DNA of 64,000 nt from the human T2T-CHM13v2.0 reference genome, Homo sapiens (GCF_009914755.1 NC_060928.1), one strand, 5' to 3'; counted from the stretch's first letter, positions 34,359-51,716 are shown. The notes: a model not told the origin generated them from the sequence alone. Program-made: numbers and translations.

Positions 34359-36294
34359 CTCTAATTAATGCATTTTACAAGGGACGTATTATTGTAGCTA
34401 GATAAATAAGCAGTAATTTTGCAGCATATTTCATAAGGCAATGAATTTTCTCCTCTGTTTTATAATTCTAAAATGTAGTTATAGAATGTTATATTTGTGA
34501 TATTGGGATTTGTCCTACTGTGTAAATATTATGGATATTATATAGAGATGGAATTATTTTTATCAGTGAAGTGGGTATTTTAGTATTACTTTTGCTACTC
34601 ATTTGAGATGACTGGAACTGAATGGTTTGTTTCAGAAAAAGAGGTGGTAGTTTTGATTCTGTTTAAGCTCTAAATGACATATACTATTTACTTTGCTAGT
34701 AGAAGATTTTCTGGGTTGTTTTGCCAAGACTATAAAAATATAAAACTTGAGGAAAGGTTTTCTTTCTAATTAAAACAATCACAAAAATAAAACCAGGCTA
34801 TCTAAATAAAAGTTATTTCTGAGAGTTATTCTTGATTCTTTTTTCTCTTACTCTTTTTTTATCTAATCCTGTCAGCTCTGTTTTCATACTTATTCAGAAT
34901 TTGACCTCTTAAAAAAATTAACTACTTTCACTGCTATACCACAGTTCACACCATCATCAGCTCTTGTCTGGACTATTGAAATACCTTCTTCCTGCCTACT
35001 GTTTCTTTTTCACCTCTCATCTATCTTTATTTTTTACATTGTCTAACTTGGAAGACTTTGAATTATAGGTTTTGAAGATGAGGACAGGTCTAGGTTAGAG
35101 ATATGGACTTGGGAGTTGTTAGTAGTTAACATGGTGAAGCTGTAGAAAGAATGAAATCACTAACAGAAGGTGAGTAGAGTTCCTTCACTCATTGAGCCAG
35201 GTACTGCACTAGATGGTGGGGCTACCTCAATGAATAAGATAGACTTGGGCTCTCTCCTCATGAAACTAAGACTCACAGGGAAATGGAACAGTATATAAGA
35301 TAAGTACAATACAGTGTGTTGGGTGTTATGTGAATGATCAGGGTGCATTCAGAATGCTAATACAGTAGAAAGGTCTTGGGAAATACTGTCATTCAAAGGT
35401 TGGGTTGTTAAAAAATATTTGGTATAGGAAACTGAGGAGTGGCTAGAGAGATGGGAAGAGAACCCAAAGAAGTGGTGACTCAGATGAAATGAGGTAAGCA
35501 CTCAGTGAGGAAATAATGGGTATTGGTTCACACTCATTGAGTACTTGGATTATGTCAACCACTGTTTGAAGCACCTTGTATGTACTGACACATTTCTTCC
35601 TCACAGCAGCTCTCTGAGGTTCTCTTTATTTTGTAGTTGAGGAAACTTATGTCAGATTAAGGAAATTTCCCAAGATCACACAGGTAATAAATAGTGGAAC
35701 TAGGATCAACAGTGTTGATCACAGTAGAGACCACAGTTACATAAAGTGCTTAGTTCCCTACTTGGGAGGTCATGGGAGTGTGGAAGAGAGACATTCTAGT
35801 GGTGTCTTGTGCCTAGCTGCTGGATTGCAATAAATTGAAGGGTGATTGATTGAGAGTTGAAGAAGCAGATATAGTGATTGTCAATTTCTTTTTTAGTTTT
35901 GTTGATGTATTATTATTAATATTTAGAGTTTTTATGCTTTCCATAAAAGAGGGATAAATATAGTTAGTCCTCCCTCCTTGTCATCCCTCCCTGTCTCCAG
36001 TAAAAACCAAATCTAACTATATTTCTTTATTATTTTCCTGGTTACTCTTCTCTTACCTGGGCCCTGACTTAGTCTACCCAGCTGTGAATCTTCAGCTTCT
36101 CTTGGCATACAAATTGTACTCTAATCACCTTTTTTCAAATAACAAAAACAAAAACAAAACTCAGTATTTTAGTAAGGTTGTTAAGCCAGGTAGGTAAATA
36201 ATGAAATATGAAAAATTTGAAAATGGAAACTGTATTTAGGGCAGTTTGAAACCTAGGACTGGTGAAGTGAATTAATCTTGATGTTTTACAACTA

Positions 36295-36633
36295 TAGGTT
36301 GGTGCAAAAGTAATTGCGGCTGGGCATAGTGGCTCACACCTGTAATCCCAGCACTTCGGGAGGCTGAGGCGGGTGGACCACTTGAGGTCAGGAGTTCGAG
36401 ACCAGTGTGGCCAACATGGTGAAACCCCGTCTCTACTAAAAATGCAAAAATTAGCCGGGTGTGGTGGCACATGCCTGTAGTCCCAGCTGCTTGGGAGGCT
36501 GAGGCACAAGAATTGCTTGAACCCAGGAGGAGGAAGTTGCAGTCAGCCAAAATCATGGCACTGCACTTCAGCCTGGGCAACAGAGCAAGACTGTCTCAAA
36601 AAAAAAAAAAAAAGTAATTGCAAAAACTGCAAC
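36295..36633 (+). mobile_element. Alu (36318-36613) inserted in a partial MADE1 mariner MITE
   Basis: taggttggtgcaaaagtaattgc precedes the Alu; TSD aaaagtaattgc. Confidence 0.85.
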
Positions 36634-38569
36634 TAGAATAGAATAATCGACTACTCTTTCAGAGATAATTTAGTACATTCCCTTATTTCACAGATGAGGA
36701 GAGACTATGTGATACATTTAAACTCAAGCAGTTAGTGAGAAATAAGCCTTGGCTCAAGGTTCAGATCTGGAGACAAATGTGCCTTCCACAGTGCCATTAC
36801 CTTTAAAAGCAACTTTTGAAAGTGATAGAGGGTTTGGAATAGACTGGCTCCTTTGATCAGTTTAAGTTACAGCAGTCACTTATAATATAAATAAGGTGAG
36901 AACTACAATAACCTTTAAGGATATTCTATTTGATTTTTTAAAAATTTATTTATTAATGGGCAGTGAGAAATGAAACTTTCCTAGTGGTACAGCAAGTGAT
37001 ACTTAGCACCTTGTCTATACTTAATACAGAGTTGAGGGAGAATAAAGACTCCAAATAAAACAAATTTTTTAGAGTTCTGATATTTTGAGGAAAGTACATT
37101 TTAAAAAAAGGAGACTTAGATTTTTGTTATACTTGCTTTGTTTTCATATATGTGAGTATATCATTAGCAAATTTTATGCTCAACTTTTAGAATTTAAATA
37201 TGAGATCCAGATGTCCAAGTTTTATGTTACCTTTTCATATAATTAAGTTTCTGTAGGCAGGTAGTAATTCTAAAAGGGATTGTTAACTTCTCTGATCAGT
37301 TTAATTTTATTGTTAGTTTCTAATGAAGGAGCTTAATTGTGATCTCAAAAATAACATATAACTTAGCAAGCACTGAGTATAAAATTGTAGGATTTTATAA
37401 ACATGGGGACAAGATGATGTTTGTTGTTTGCATCTGGAGCAGATGGTTTTGAAGAGCATGGGTTTAGAATAATTGCTCTTGTCCAGAATTGGTTATATTG
37501 AAATATTGATGTAGAGCTTGAGGTGGAGCAAGTCATATACAAGTCATACGTTGGAAACAGTGTGTTGACATTTGGCTCTCTAAAGCATTTTGCCTTTTCT
37601 TCCCTTCAAGGTATCTTGTTTTCCAGTCTTAAAAATTTTAAGAGCACTGGAAAATAAAATAATGAAAAGAAGATGATACATTTTTTGTTGAATTAGCCAC
37701 ACCTCTTTTTTATTTCAAAATTGTGTTTCTTAACATAGCAGTATTGCTTCTGCATTTGCTTACATTTTTAAAAAATTAACTCCAAAGTTAGTGAGAAGAG
37801 GAAATGTTGATGGCTTACTTTCAACCATATTCCTTGATGTACATGTGTCCATTTGTTCTTCTAGTTAATTGTCTTCAGGTTTCTAAAAATCTATGTATTT
37901 TTAAAAATTTAATCTTTCATTATGGGTTCCAGTATGGCCTTATTAGAAATGGTGATGGCCAATAATTTAAACTTAGCATCATAGAATTTTAAGTTATTTA
38001 AATTTGAATAATTAGACAAAATACATTTTAATCTTTTCATTTAATAAATGAGGTAACTGATGGCCAAAAGGGCTAAGTCTTATTTAAAGTTGTGCCTGAG
38101 CTAGTTAATGGCAGACCTAGAGCCATGGAGGATTGGTTGCATTAGTATTATAGCTCCAAGGATCTTTAATTTCTGTAAGCTCTTGATAATATATTTAACA
38201 TTTAATTCATACAAATTCTGTTTTTCAACTTACATGTTATTTTCAAGAATAGCATTTGTTGTGTAAAATAGGATACGTTTATATAGAGTCCAGAATCAAT
38301 ACTTCAGAGTGGGAAAGAATCTGAAGGCCTGTGGCAGGGGTCTCCAGGATCTCTTACGTTTTTATAGCTTTTGCAAATCAGTAAACTTACCTATTGTTCT
38401 TTTCTCCTTTCTAACAATCCACCATACTTTATATCCTCACATACCTACAAACGAAGTAATAGAGTTGGATGTAGGTTTATTTAAACATGTTCTTTCATAT
38501 GTATAAGACTGAACTCTGGAGACTTAGGATTTTATCTTTTATTATTCTATAGGGCCTCCTAATCTCTAA

Positions 38570-39020
38570 AGCGCTATGCTCATTCTTGTCTCTATTTATA
38601 TGCTGTTCCCCCTGCTTGGAATAGTCGGCTGCCTCTTTGGCCCCAATTCCCATTTTATCAGGTTAACATCGATTCACTTTTCAGGGCTAATTACTTGAAC
38701 TTAGATATATGTTTCAGTTTTTCATTTGTGAAATAAAGGAATGTACTAAATGATTTCTGTGAGAGTCATTAGGTAAACTAATCCTTCCTGAAACTGAGTT
38801 CGATGTTCCTGACGTGTTTTTGTGCCACTTTGTTCTTTCCATGTCACAGTACTTGGCATAGTTTATAATAACTACGCGTTATGATGTATCTCTCCTATTA
38901 GACTGTTAGCTGTGAGAGATTGATTTGCCTTCTTGTGTACCCTCATATGTAAGAGCTCAGTACAATTGTTTAATGAAGTAATTATGTCTAGGAGGTTCTT
39001 GTTGAATATTTTGAGTGAAT
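38570..39020. mobile_element. L2 fragment
   Basis: gctgttccccctgcttggaat, attagactgttagct, gttgaat...gagtgaat-type ends. Confidence 0.5.
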
Positions 39021-39212
39021 AGATGAGTTAATATTGAAAAGAGTGCCCATGAAAGAGTAACTCCTGTGGTCAATGAATATATCTTCTCAGTGGCTTTATG
39101 ATATAATAATACTTTAATTGCTTTCCTTTAACATGAATTGTAACTGAATTGGCAAGAAATACAAGAACAGGGGTTCCATTACTGAGAACTATTTTTAAAA
39201 AATATTTTCAAA

Positions 39213-39505
39213 ACCAGTTCGGTGCAGTGGCTCACACCTGCAATCCTAGCACTTTGGGAGGCCAGGCCAGGAGAATAATTTGAGGCCAGGAGTTTGAGAC
39301 CAGCCTGGGCAATGTAGCAAGACTCTGTCTCTAAGAGAAATAAAATTAGCCGGTGGTGGTAGTGTGTGTCTGTAGTCCTAGCTACTTGGGAGGCTGAAGT
39401 GGGAGGATTGCTTGAGTCTAGGAGTTGAGGCTGCAGTCAGCTATGATTGTACCACTGCACTCCAGCCTGGGTAATAGAGCAAGACCTTGTCTCTTAAAAA
39501 AAAAA
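39213..39505 (+). mobile_element. Alu (J-type)
   Basis: Diverged dimeric Alu with A-tail. Confidence 0.9.
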
Positions 39506-39761
39506 TCAGAGTAACGGCATGTAAAAAATGCTGTTCTCTCTCCTCAAGTTTTGTTTTTCTTCTTTAGTCACCCTGCCTTTCATACCAACCATATTCGTTT
39601 GTATAAAATATTCTGGCAAATCAAAACTCTTTGTGAATACTTTAAATCATATAATCTATATTTTGTATTTTAGTATATTTTGCACACTAGTCAGCTTATA
39701 AATATGTCCTGCAATGATTCTGAGCCTGATCAGGATTTCTGTATAGAAAATTCCCAAAACT

Positions 39762-39896
39762 GTTTTTATTATTTTTTTAAAGAGGTAGGGTCTTGCAGTA
39801 TTGCCGAGACTGGTCTTAAACTCGTGGCCTCAAGTGATCCTCCCACCTTGGCCTCCTGAAGTGCTGGGATTATAGGTGTGAGTCACTGCATTCAGC
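39762..39896 (-). mobile_element. FLAM/Alu monomer
   Basis: Single left monomer; TSD cccaaaac. Confidence 0.8.
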
Positions 39897-41985
39897 CCCA
39901 AAACCTTTTTTATGGATTTATTTTCCTAGATCATCATGTTTTTAATTATTCTGATTAGAAAGTACTCTAAATAAAGATATTTTCCTGTTTTAGTAATAAA
40001 ATATTAAGGAATAAACTTCATTGTATATGTACATATGGATACTTAGAACTGAGTTTTTTCATTTTATTAAAATTTTTTTAAATTAATAGACTTTTTTTAG
40101 AGCAGTTTTAGGTTTACAGAAGAATAAAGCAGAAAGTACAGATAATTTCCATGTAACTTCCCTTTTTTCCAGCTTCTCCCATTATTACTGTCTTGAGTTA
40201 GTGTGGTACCTTTGTTATAATTGATGAGCTAATATTGATACAATGATATTTCATTTTAAACTGCAGTTTATAATTTCTAAAACTACCATCCCTCAATGTT
40301 ATTTAAACCAGCTCTGTGTTGTTGCTTTATTTATAGTTTTTTTTTACTTGCGCCACACTTTTTACATACTTTTTTAAAATAAACTTCTTTCTCAATGTAT
40401 TGCATGTATACATAAGAGAGCATAAGCTAAAATATCCATGTGTTTTCCAAAGTGAACACACTTGTGTAACCACCACTCAGATCAAGATACAGAGCATTAC
40501 TAGCTTCCTGGTACCTCTCTCAGACCCTTTCCCAGCCCTACATGCTCACCTCAACCCAAAAGGCAACCACTCTCCTGGCTTCGAATGCCATAGATCAGTT
40601 TTGCCTGTTTTGCCTTCTCTTCTTTCACTTGTTTTATGGTTTGGGAGCTTCATCATTTTATTCTGCATAGCAGGAGTTCATTTTTATTGCTGAATTTGAT
40701 TGTTTAAGTATTATGAGTAATGCCATGAACATTCTTGCACATGCCTTTTGCTGCACAAATGTATGCATTTCTGTCTATTATTTGTCTAAGAGTGGAATTA
40801 TTGGGTTATAGGATTCTTGTTACTAAATACTGCCAAAACGTTTTTGTAGTGATTTTACCAATTTACCTTTCTACCTGTTGTGCGTGAAAATTCCAGTTTC
40901 TTCTCGTGGGTGCTGACATGGAGTTTATAGCAGTATTTCATTGTGGTTTTAGTTCCCTGATGACTGAGTCTGAGTACTTTTTATATTTGAATTGACCATT
41001 TAGATGTCTTTCTTTGTGATGTGCCTGTCAAGTATCTATTCAATTTTTCTGTAGGGTTACTTTTTAAAAATATATTGATTTGTGGAAGTTATTAATATAG
41101 CTTAGTTGTGAGACCTTTGTTAGATATATGTATTTTAAATATCTTCTACTCTGTGGCTTACATTTTTATTCTCTGTAGTATCTTTTTGAGGAACAGAAAG
41201 TTTATAATTATATATTTATTATAATATATATTGATATAAAGGATCCAGTTCATCAGTCTTTTCCTTCGTGGCTGGTGATTTTTGTAGCTAGCTTAAGAAA
41301 TCTTGGTCAAATCTACTGTTAGGTATATTTTCTCTTACCTTCTTGATGCTTTTATTGTTTTTCCTTTCATGTTGCTATCTTTAATTGCTTCACTTTTTTT
41401 CATATAGATGTGTTATACCAGTTATTGAAATGACCATCAATTTCTGCCTTGCTTCTGTGTTACCTTTGTTGTACATAAATCAAGGGTTTGTGTTCATTTT
41501 AGATTCTCTGCTCTGCCTCAATGGTCTTTTATCCTTGTCCACAATACTGAAATGTCTTCAATACTTTCAGCCTTATAAAAAGTCATAATTTCTGGAGGGT
41601 AAGTGATATTTTTTTAAAAAAATGGTCATCAAAATTTTCTTGACTATTGTTGGCACTTTGCATTCCCATAGAAGTTTTAAAATCAATGTGTCGGGTTCTT
41701 CCTTCTCCCCACACAGTAAACTGGCTTGCATTTTGATTGGAATTATTAAGTCTTTCAATCAATTTGGAGAGATTTGGGAAGTTAATACCTTGTAATCCAT
41801 GAACTTCTTAGATTCCTTCATTTTATTTTAGATTTTCCTTAATTTCCCTCCAGGTAGTTTGGTAGTTTTATGTGAAAAGTCTTGCATACTGTTAATTAGA
41901 TTTATTCTTAGGTACTTTGGTTTTTTGAATGCACTTATGAATGGCATTTTGTAAAGTTTCACTTGTAATTATTTTATGTTAGTAT

Positions 41986-43569
<1,584 letters not shown>

Positions 43570-45789
43570 TTATGTTATAGTTTTCTATGTATACATTTCA
43601 AATAATGAGTTTTAAATTTTATTTTGTTCAACTCTACACCTATTCTTTGTCTTCCTTGACTTACTATACTACATAGGACCTCTGACAGTATTTAATAGAA
43701 GTGGTAACAATAGTAATCCTTATCTCATTCTTGATTTAATAGAAAGTTTACAAACTGTTACTTAATATTAAGAATTTTTTTTGTTGTATGCGTGATAAGG
43801 AGGTTTGTATCTATTCCTAGCTTTTAAAAAAATATAATTAATGATATTTTATCACATTTCTACATTTATTGAGATAGTCATATGAACTCTTTATTCTATT
43901 AATGGGAAGAATGATGTTGATTGATTTTTAAATGTTACATGAATCTGGCATTCCTGTAATAGAGCCAAGTTGTCACAATTTTGTAATTCTTTTTAATGTA
44001 TTGATCTTTTGGCTGATGTTTTGTTTAAGATATTTGCACCTATGTTCATGAGAGATTGACCTGTAATTTTTTTTCCTTGTAATGTCCCTTTAAGATTTGA
44101 GGAGCAAGATTATGCTACCCTTGTGAATCAAGTTGGGAATTATTTTTTCTCTGGAACAATTTTTTAAAAATTAATGTCATATTCATCCTTAAGTATTTGG
44201 TGACATTTATCAGTGAAGCCATCTGTACTTAGAATTTTCTCTGTAGGAAAGGTTTTAATTATAGATTTAATTTCTTTAATATCTATTGAAATATTCAAAT
44301 TGTATAGTTTGTTTGTATATTAGTTTTGGTAAATTTTTTTCCCCTAGAAACTTGTTCATTTTATCTACATTTCAAATTATTTGGCATAAAGTTATTCCTA
44401 CTATCCTCTTATCTTTTTAATGGCAGTAGGTTTTGTAATGATGTCTGCTTTTTCATTCCTAGTATTGGAAATGTGTCTCTTCTCTCATTTTCAGACAACC
44501 AACCTTTGGCTTTACTGGTTACTTTTTTTAATTGTGCATTTGTTTTCTTCATTATTTCCCTCCTTCTTTTTTCTTTTAGGTTTAATTTCTTCTTTTTCTA
44601 ATTTCTTAAGATGAATGCCTCACTGACTGTCAGTCTTTTTTTTTTTTTATCTACATTAAGCCTACCAGTGTCCCCTTCAGTACTGCAGTAGCAGCATCCT
44701 ACAGATTTTCATATTATATTTGTATTATTATTCAGTTGAAAAAATTCAGTTTTCATTGTGATTTTTTTTGAGCCATGAGTTATTTAGAAATGAATTAACT
44801 GATTTTCAAATATTTGTGTATTTCTTAGCATTTTTTTGTTACTGATTTTGTTATTCATTCTCCTGAGGTCAGAGAACTATACTTTATGATTTCAATCCTT
44901 GAGTTACATGGAGAGTTGCTTTGTGTCCTAGCATAGGGTCAGTTTTGGTAGATATTCCAGGTATGCTGGAAAACAGAGTTATTTTATTATTTTGATGTTG
45001 TTTTTTAATATATACCAATTAGGATAAGTGAGTTAACTTTGTTTTTCGTATCTTCTGGTATCTTCTATATATTCTTTTTAAAAATTTTGGCTAATAAGGG
45101 AAGTATGTTAAAACCTGCAGGCAAGGTCTGTTTCTCCATTTAGTTCTGTTTACTTTTGTTTTATGTATTTTGAATTTTGTTATCAGGCATGTATTAATTT
45201 AGAATTTTGTATATTCTTGGTGAATTGACCCTTTTATTACCCCGAGTGTCTGGTGATGCCTCTTACTTAATGCCTATTTGATAGTAGATATAGGTGCGCT
45301 GTTATCCTTCCATGTATATTTCATTCTGTGTATATTTGCATAGTATTCCTTTTATTCTTTTACTTTCAACCTTTGTATATTCTTATATTTCAGATACATC
45401 ACTTGTATGCAGGGTAAATTGGGGTTTTATTTTTTTAATCCATCTGCTGTTGTCATTGTTTAAATTCAAGTACTTAATACATTTATATTTAGGGTAATAT
45501 CTTAAAATACTTAGGTTTAATGTAGTTCCTTATTTGCCCCACTTGTATGTTTTTTTTCCTGTTTTTTTTTTCATTCTTTTGGAATAGGCAAGTATTTTTA
45601 TTATTTCATCCTCTTCCCATTGTCTTTTTAGTTAAACATTTTAACTTGGCCTTTAGTGAATATCCTATGTTTGTCTCCTTGGCTTATTAGGGGCTAGTAT
45701 GCATTGCAAACATTGCAACAGATGTTTACTTATTATTTGGGTACATTAAGTTGTGCTATGTTTATTACAGAATCAGTCTTTGTACTTTA

Positions 45790-46071
45790 CTTTTTTGGAG
45801 ACAGGGTCTCACCTGTCACCCAAGTTTAGTGACTGAGTGCAGCAGCATGATGATGGCTCACTGCGGTCTTGACTTCCTGGGCTCAAACAGTCATTGCGTG
45901 TAGCTAGGACTATAGGCACATGCCACGAAGCCTGGCTAATTTTTGAAATTTTTTTAGAGATGAAGACACACAGTGTTGCCCAGGCTAGTCTCGGACTCCT
46001 GGATGCAAGCTCTCCGCCCGTCTCAGCCTCCCAAAGTGTTGGGATTACAAGTGTGAGCCACCGTGCCCAAC
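45790..46071 (-). mobile_element. Alu (J-type, diverged)
   Basis: TSD ttgtactttac. Confidence 0.88.
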
Positions 46072-46582
46072 TTGTACTTTACTATTTTTTAACTTTTGAA
46101 AAATTCCATGTTTCTCTTGCCTTTGTTTTCCTCCTGTGAGTTACTATTTTCTTTCTATGTTCAGAGGAGTGGAGATTTTATCCAGCTTAAATTCTGTAGT
46201 TTGTATTAGAAATAATAGAGATTTTGTTATTTTATAAATATGTTTATATTATAATATTAAATATACTTTTAAAAACCACATATTGCCTGTGTTTTCTAGA
46301 CCCCTTCCTTAAATGAAAATAATGTATCATTTAGTGTCAGATTTTATGTTTGCATGATATTAAAAAAAAGTGGCAGGAAAATTACTAGACCATTTTCCCT
46401 GTTTCAGTTTTTCTGTCTCAGTAGGGTGATGTATCTGGTCCAAATTAGAAATATTGGCAAGTATTGCCAGATACTATCTGGCATTGAAGTATTTTGATTA
46501 CATCCATTTATGTTAGATATTTTAGGAACAGCTTAAATTTTCCCAGGCCACAAGGTACTGTTTGATACAACATGGCACTGCA

Positions 46583-47084
<502 letters not shown>

Positions 47085-47161
47085 TCACTGAATATTTTTT
47101 AATGCTTCTGCTCCATTTAACTAATGAGGATGTCGAGTAGTAAATCGACCCAATTTATCAT

Positions 47162-47525
47162 CGTCTTAGTCCAGTTTCTGCTGCTATAACAAAATACCAC
47201 ATACTTGGTAATTTACAAAGAACAGAAATTTATTTCTCACAGTTCTGGAGGCTGGAAAGTCCAAGATCAAGGTGCTGGCAGGTTTGGGCTCAGTCTCTTT
47301 GCATCCAAGATGGTGCCTTGAATGCCATATTCTCTAAAGGAGAGGAACGTTGTGTCCTCACATAGCAGAAGGGTAAGAAAAAGGGCAAGCCTTTCTTATA
47401 GCTGTATTAATCCATTCATGAGGCTGGAGACACCTCTCATTAGGCCTCACCTCCCATCAGTGTGTCATTAGGGATTAAGTTTTAACATGAGTTTTGGAGG
47501 AGACAAAAACATTCATACCATAGCA
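47162..47525 (-). mobile_element. MaLR solo LTR (MLT1A/MSTD-like)
   Basis: gtcttagtcc...tttatttctcacagttctggaggctgg...accatagca. Confidence 0.8.
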
Positions 47526-47535
47526 AACATAAACA

Positions 47536-47938
47536 TGTCAAGAATTGTAAAGGGTCTGAGATTTTACTCTACTTTTACTCTATTCTAACAAATTTTGTGA
47601 GTGGCTGCAGAAGAGTCAAAGGAAAGAATATTGCAGCAACATAATTAGCTAGAGTAGCAGCATTTGCACCAGTTCCTGAGCCTCAGTTTTCACGGAGTGA
47701 TACAGAGGGCTACCTGACACCTGAGCCTTTATAGGCTTGCATCACAGTAGGGGAGCCTTGAATTGTAGAACCTGAATCTTTTATAATGGACAGTAAGCAT
47801 GTCTATCCTTTGCTTTGGAGAGAGACACTTTCTTTTCCTGCATACCAACATCCTTTAAAAGATAGTCTTGAACAGAGGCAGTCAGTGATTTTACTCTCAA
47901 GCAGAAGTGCAAGAGATGTGAAGAACCATCTTTCAGCA
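47536..47938 (-). mobile_element. ERVL solo LTR (LTR40-like)
   Basis: tgtcaagaattgtaaagggtctgagatttt ... gatagtcttgaacagaggcagtcagtg; TG...CA ends. Confidence 0.6.
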
Positions 47939-49226
47939 TTTTGGAAGGCAGATAAAGCAAGTGGGTATTTGTAAGATGTCCTAAAGAAGTGACTTGCTGT
48001 CTTTAGGAAGCAGGGGATCTATTTTTGGAGTATGTTTGTACTATTCACTGCTTTTTCTTGGTAGAGAAAGATACTCAACCCTCTGTTTTGTGGAGTTTTG
48101 TATCTTCTTTTTATTAATGCTTCTGTTTATATATAAAAGTTCAAATAAGTGAAAACAAAATGATGGAGTGGTATCATTTTAATTTAGTAAAAATGTATTG
48201 AGGTATAGTGTTTTGAACAAGAAAGGTTAAAAAATCATGGGAGCTAGCTGGTGTTCCAGGATAACTTTAGATATTCAGACTGGATTTCTGAGAGATCTCT
48301 GAGATTAAACTCCTTCAAAGTGGAATTTTATTAAACACTCTTAACACAAAGAGCATATAGTGACTTACTGTCTTCTAGACTAAAGGTCGTCACAGATCAA
48401 AGGGCTCTAAATCTCACAGCCTGATGGAGAGGACATTCACTCTTGTCAATGTTTAAATTTCAAGCAAATAGCAAAGACAAAGAACTTAGTATCTAACTTC
48501 TCAAGTCAGCATGGTATCTTTGAATTTATTTTGGATCTCTCTAAATTTGACTTTGTTGACTATCTTCCTGGCTGCTTTAGTACCTTTTATTCTACGTCAT
48601 CCTAGTTTTTCTTTCCCTTTTAAAACATCGTTTCTTTTTATGCTATTCAATTGATGGGCTTTCCTAAGATTGAGCCTTCTACACTTATTCCTCCATCCCT
48701 GACCCCTCACTAGCCTCCCCTTTTAGATCTCTCCCTTGCTATAATATCAAATCTTACATGTATGCACATCACTCTGAAGTTTGCTTCACTCTTGTATTTC
48801 AAAATCACATTTCCAACTGCCACCTGAATGTTTGCTTGCAGGTGTTTTCCCAGTACCTTAAAACTTTGTAATTCTAGTTTGAATGTATTTACCAAAAGGG
48901 CAGGGGCAAAAGCATGTTTTAATTTTAATATTTTACTCTTTTAAAAGAAGTTCCCCAAACAAATTATTTTGATAAATCTTTTTGGCTTTTTTTATGGATG
49001 TTGTTTTGTAAATTCTATTTTATATTTGTAAATAATGCTTTCTCATATTAAGTATTTGTCATATTTTCATTGCCAAAACTAAGTGCTTGGATTTTTACAT
49101 TTATTCTTCACATTCTTCCACCTCTCTTCCAACCTCTCATCCCCTCCCCTACAAGGACAAAATGTTTTAAATGCTGTAATCTTGCATGGGGTTTGGGTTT
49201 TTTAATATTTTTATTGGTGATAATTC

Positions 49227-51268
49227 TGTCACAGGATCCTTAGGGTGTCACTTTTCCAGCCAGAAACCTCTGTGGCCGGTGGCACCTCTGCCCGAGTTAT
49301 ATCCTCGGGCCCACTGGGCTTGTTCTGCCCACTTGGTCCAGCAGGCTGTACTTGGCTTGTGCTATTGACCTGGATCCTACACCTGCCAAGGGTGAGCCAG
49401 GCGCAGAGCAGTGAAGGGGATGTGAGTGAGCCCGAGGTCCGGCCACTGCACACAGCCAGGCATGCTGGCTGCAGTGGAGTGGACAGCCCCAGGTGCAGGC
49501 ACAGGCACCGGCTCTGTGTGAGGATGTGGCTGGACCAGGCATACCACAAGTGTTTTCCACCGTGGGCACCAGGTAACGTGGTGGTACCTGGAAGCTTGGA
49601 GATGTTGGAAACAGCAGAGCCCCAAAGAGAGTGTCACAGCTCTGGTATCACAGCTCTGATCACAGCCCTTGCATCTGGGCTCCCCAGAGGGCCACAGCTC
49701 CTCTTCTTCTCATTGCCCAAAATGTGGTGACCAGTGGGCGTGTTTCAGTCCTGTTTGTGTTACAGCTCTTTCAGTCCTGCCATTTGGAAGGTTCTGAGTT
49801 CTTGTCCAGCCTTTAGGAAGAATGAGGTATGTGGACAGCTGGAGGGTGAGCAAGGCAGAGAGGAGCTTCATTGAGCAAGAGAACAGCTCTCAGGAGACCT
49901 GAAGTGGGTAGGTCCTTCTGCCATCAGGTCGTCCTGATGAGCGTCCAGCTCTCAGCAGAGAGGATACCTGGAGGGGGTAGCTGCTGTCCACAGGCAGGCC
50001 ATCCTCACAAATGTCTAGCTTTCCGCAGAGAGGACACCTGGAGTGGGTAGCTCCTTTCTGCAGGTAGGTCATCCTGATGAGTGTCCTGCTGTCAGTGGAG
50101 AGGAGACCCAGAGTGGGTAGCTTCTTTCTGTAGGCAGGTTGTCCCAGTGCATGTCCAGCTCTCAGTGGAGAGGAGACCAGAATGGGTAGCTCCTATCTGG
50201 CATCCCAGCTAGTGTCCAGTTCTCAGCGGAGAGGAGACCCAGAGTGAGTAGCTCCTGTCCTCAAGCTGGTCAGCCTGATGAGTGTCCAGCTCTCAGCAGA
50301 GAGGAGACCTGGAGTGGGTGGCTCCTTTCTGCAGGCAGGTTGCCCCAACGAGTGTCTACTTCTCAGCGGAGAGGAGACCCGGAGTGGGTAGCTCCTTTCC
50401 ATAGGCAGGGTGTCCCAGTGAATGTCCTGCTCTTAGTGGTGAGGAGACCCAGGGTGGGTAGCTCCTTCTCACAGCTGGTAGTCCTGACATCCCAGTGAGT
50501 CTGGCTGAGTCGGGTTTTTATGGGCTTCAGAAGGGAGGAAGTGCATGCTGATTGGTCCATGGGTGGCCATGGGCAGGCCCAGAAAAAGCACCATAAGTTC
50601 TTGGTCTCAGCTGCAGACTCTACCCAGCTCTGACAGCCTGCCCTCCATGCTTCAGGCTGTCCCTGGCTTAAAGGTGGGGCTTCACCAGGGACTCACTCCT
50701 TTCTGCCCAGGAGCCTCTCTGCCTCCTGCTGCCATCAATCATGTCGTCCATGGTGCTGGGGCTGTTCATGCTGAGGGGCGCTTGCAGGACTGCGCCAAGA
50801 CACCCTCAGCCTCCCTCACATACTCATTGGCACCCAAAGTCTGGAGGGGACCAAGGTGGAAGGGAGCTGGACTGTCAGTGCCACCTTGAGCACATGAACA
50901 CCTAGGTGGGTCATGACAGTGGCTTGGCTCAGCCTTAACTTTGGTCTGAAATCAGAGCAGGCAAAAAGTTTTTCTGGGACTGGGGAGAGGCCAGGCAGTA
51001 GAAGCAGGCACTTCGGAGCCTGTTGGGGCAGGGGGTGCTTCCTGGGTTCTCGAGAGTGGAGGGATACCTGGGTCCACAGCCATGGCTGGGCAGCTGCAGC
51101 TGTGCCTGGGTGAGTGGGGCTCACACCCCACCAACTTGGAAAAGAGCAGGGCTCCTGCCTGTTCCCAGCTCCCACTGGCTTCGTGGAGTATGCAGCCCTG
51201 GCCACGCCTCCCCCACTGCAGCCAGTGTCTTCACTGTTGCCACTCCAGATGGGCCACCGGAGCCATCA
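49227..51268 (-). mobile_element. MER52-type (ERV1) solo LTR, 2042 bp
   Basis: TGATGG...GATCCTGTGACA on the minus strand; 4-bp TSD ATTC on both sides; CCAAT and ATAAAA boxes at about 50551 and 50515. Confidence 0.85.
49892..50495. repeat. About 9 copies of a degenerate 70-bp tandem unit inside the MER52 LTR
   Basis: agga.acc...gtgggtagctcc recurs at 49892, 49961, 50031, 50101, 50171, 50232, 50302, 50372, 50442. Confidence 0.9.
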
Positions 51269-51287
51269 ATTCAGTCTGTATTTATGA

Positions 51288-51569
<282 letters not shown>

Positions 51570-51716
51570 TAAACTTTAAAAAAATATTTTTCTTAATTGA
51601 AAGTTTTATTGAGATAGCTGTAAATTCAGTGCAGTTATACGAAGTAATGTAGGGAGATTCTGTGTATCCTATACCCAGTTTCCTCCAGTGGCAACATTTT
51701 GCAAAACTGAAGTACA

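Noticed and set aside
49892-50495. Regular 70-bp periodicity resembling a CRISPR array
   Set aside because: Whole units are degenerate copies with no unique spacers, they lie inside an ERV1 LTR, and there are no cas genes in this eukaryotic context.
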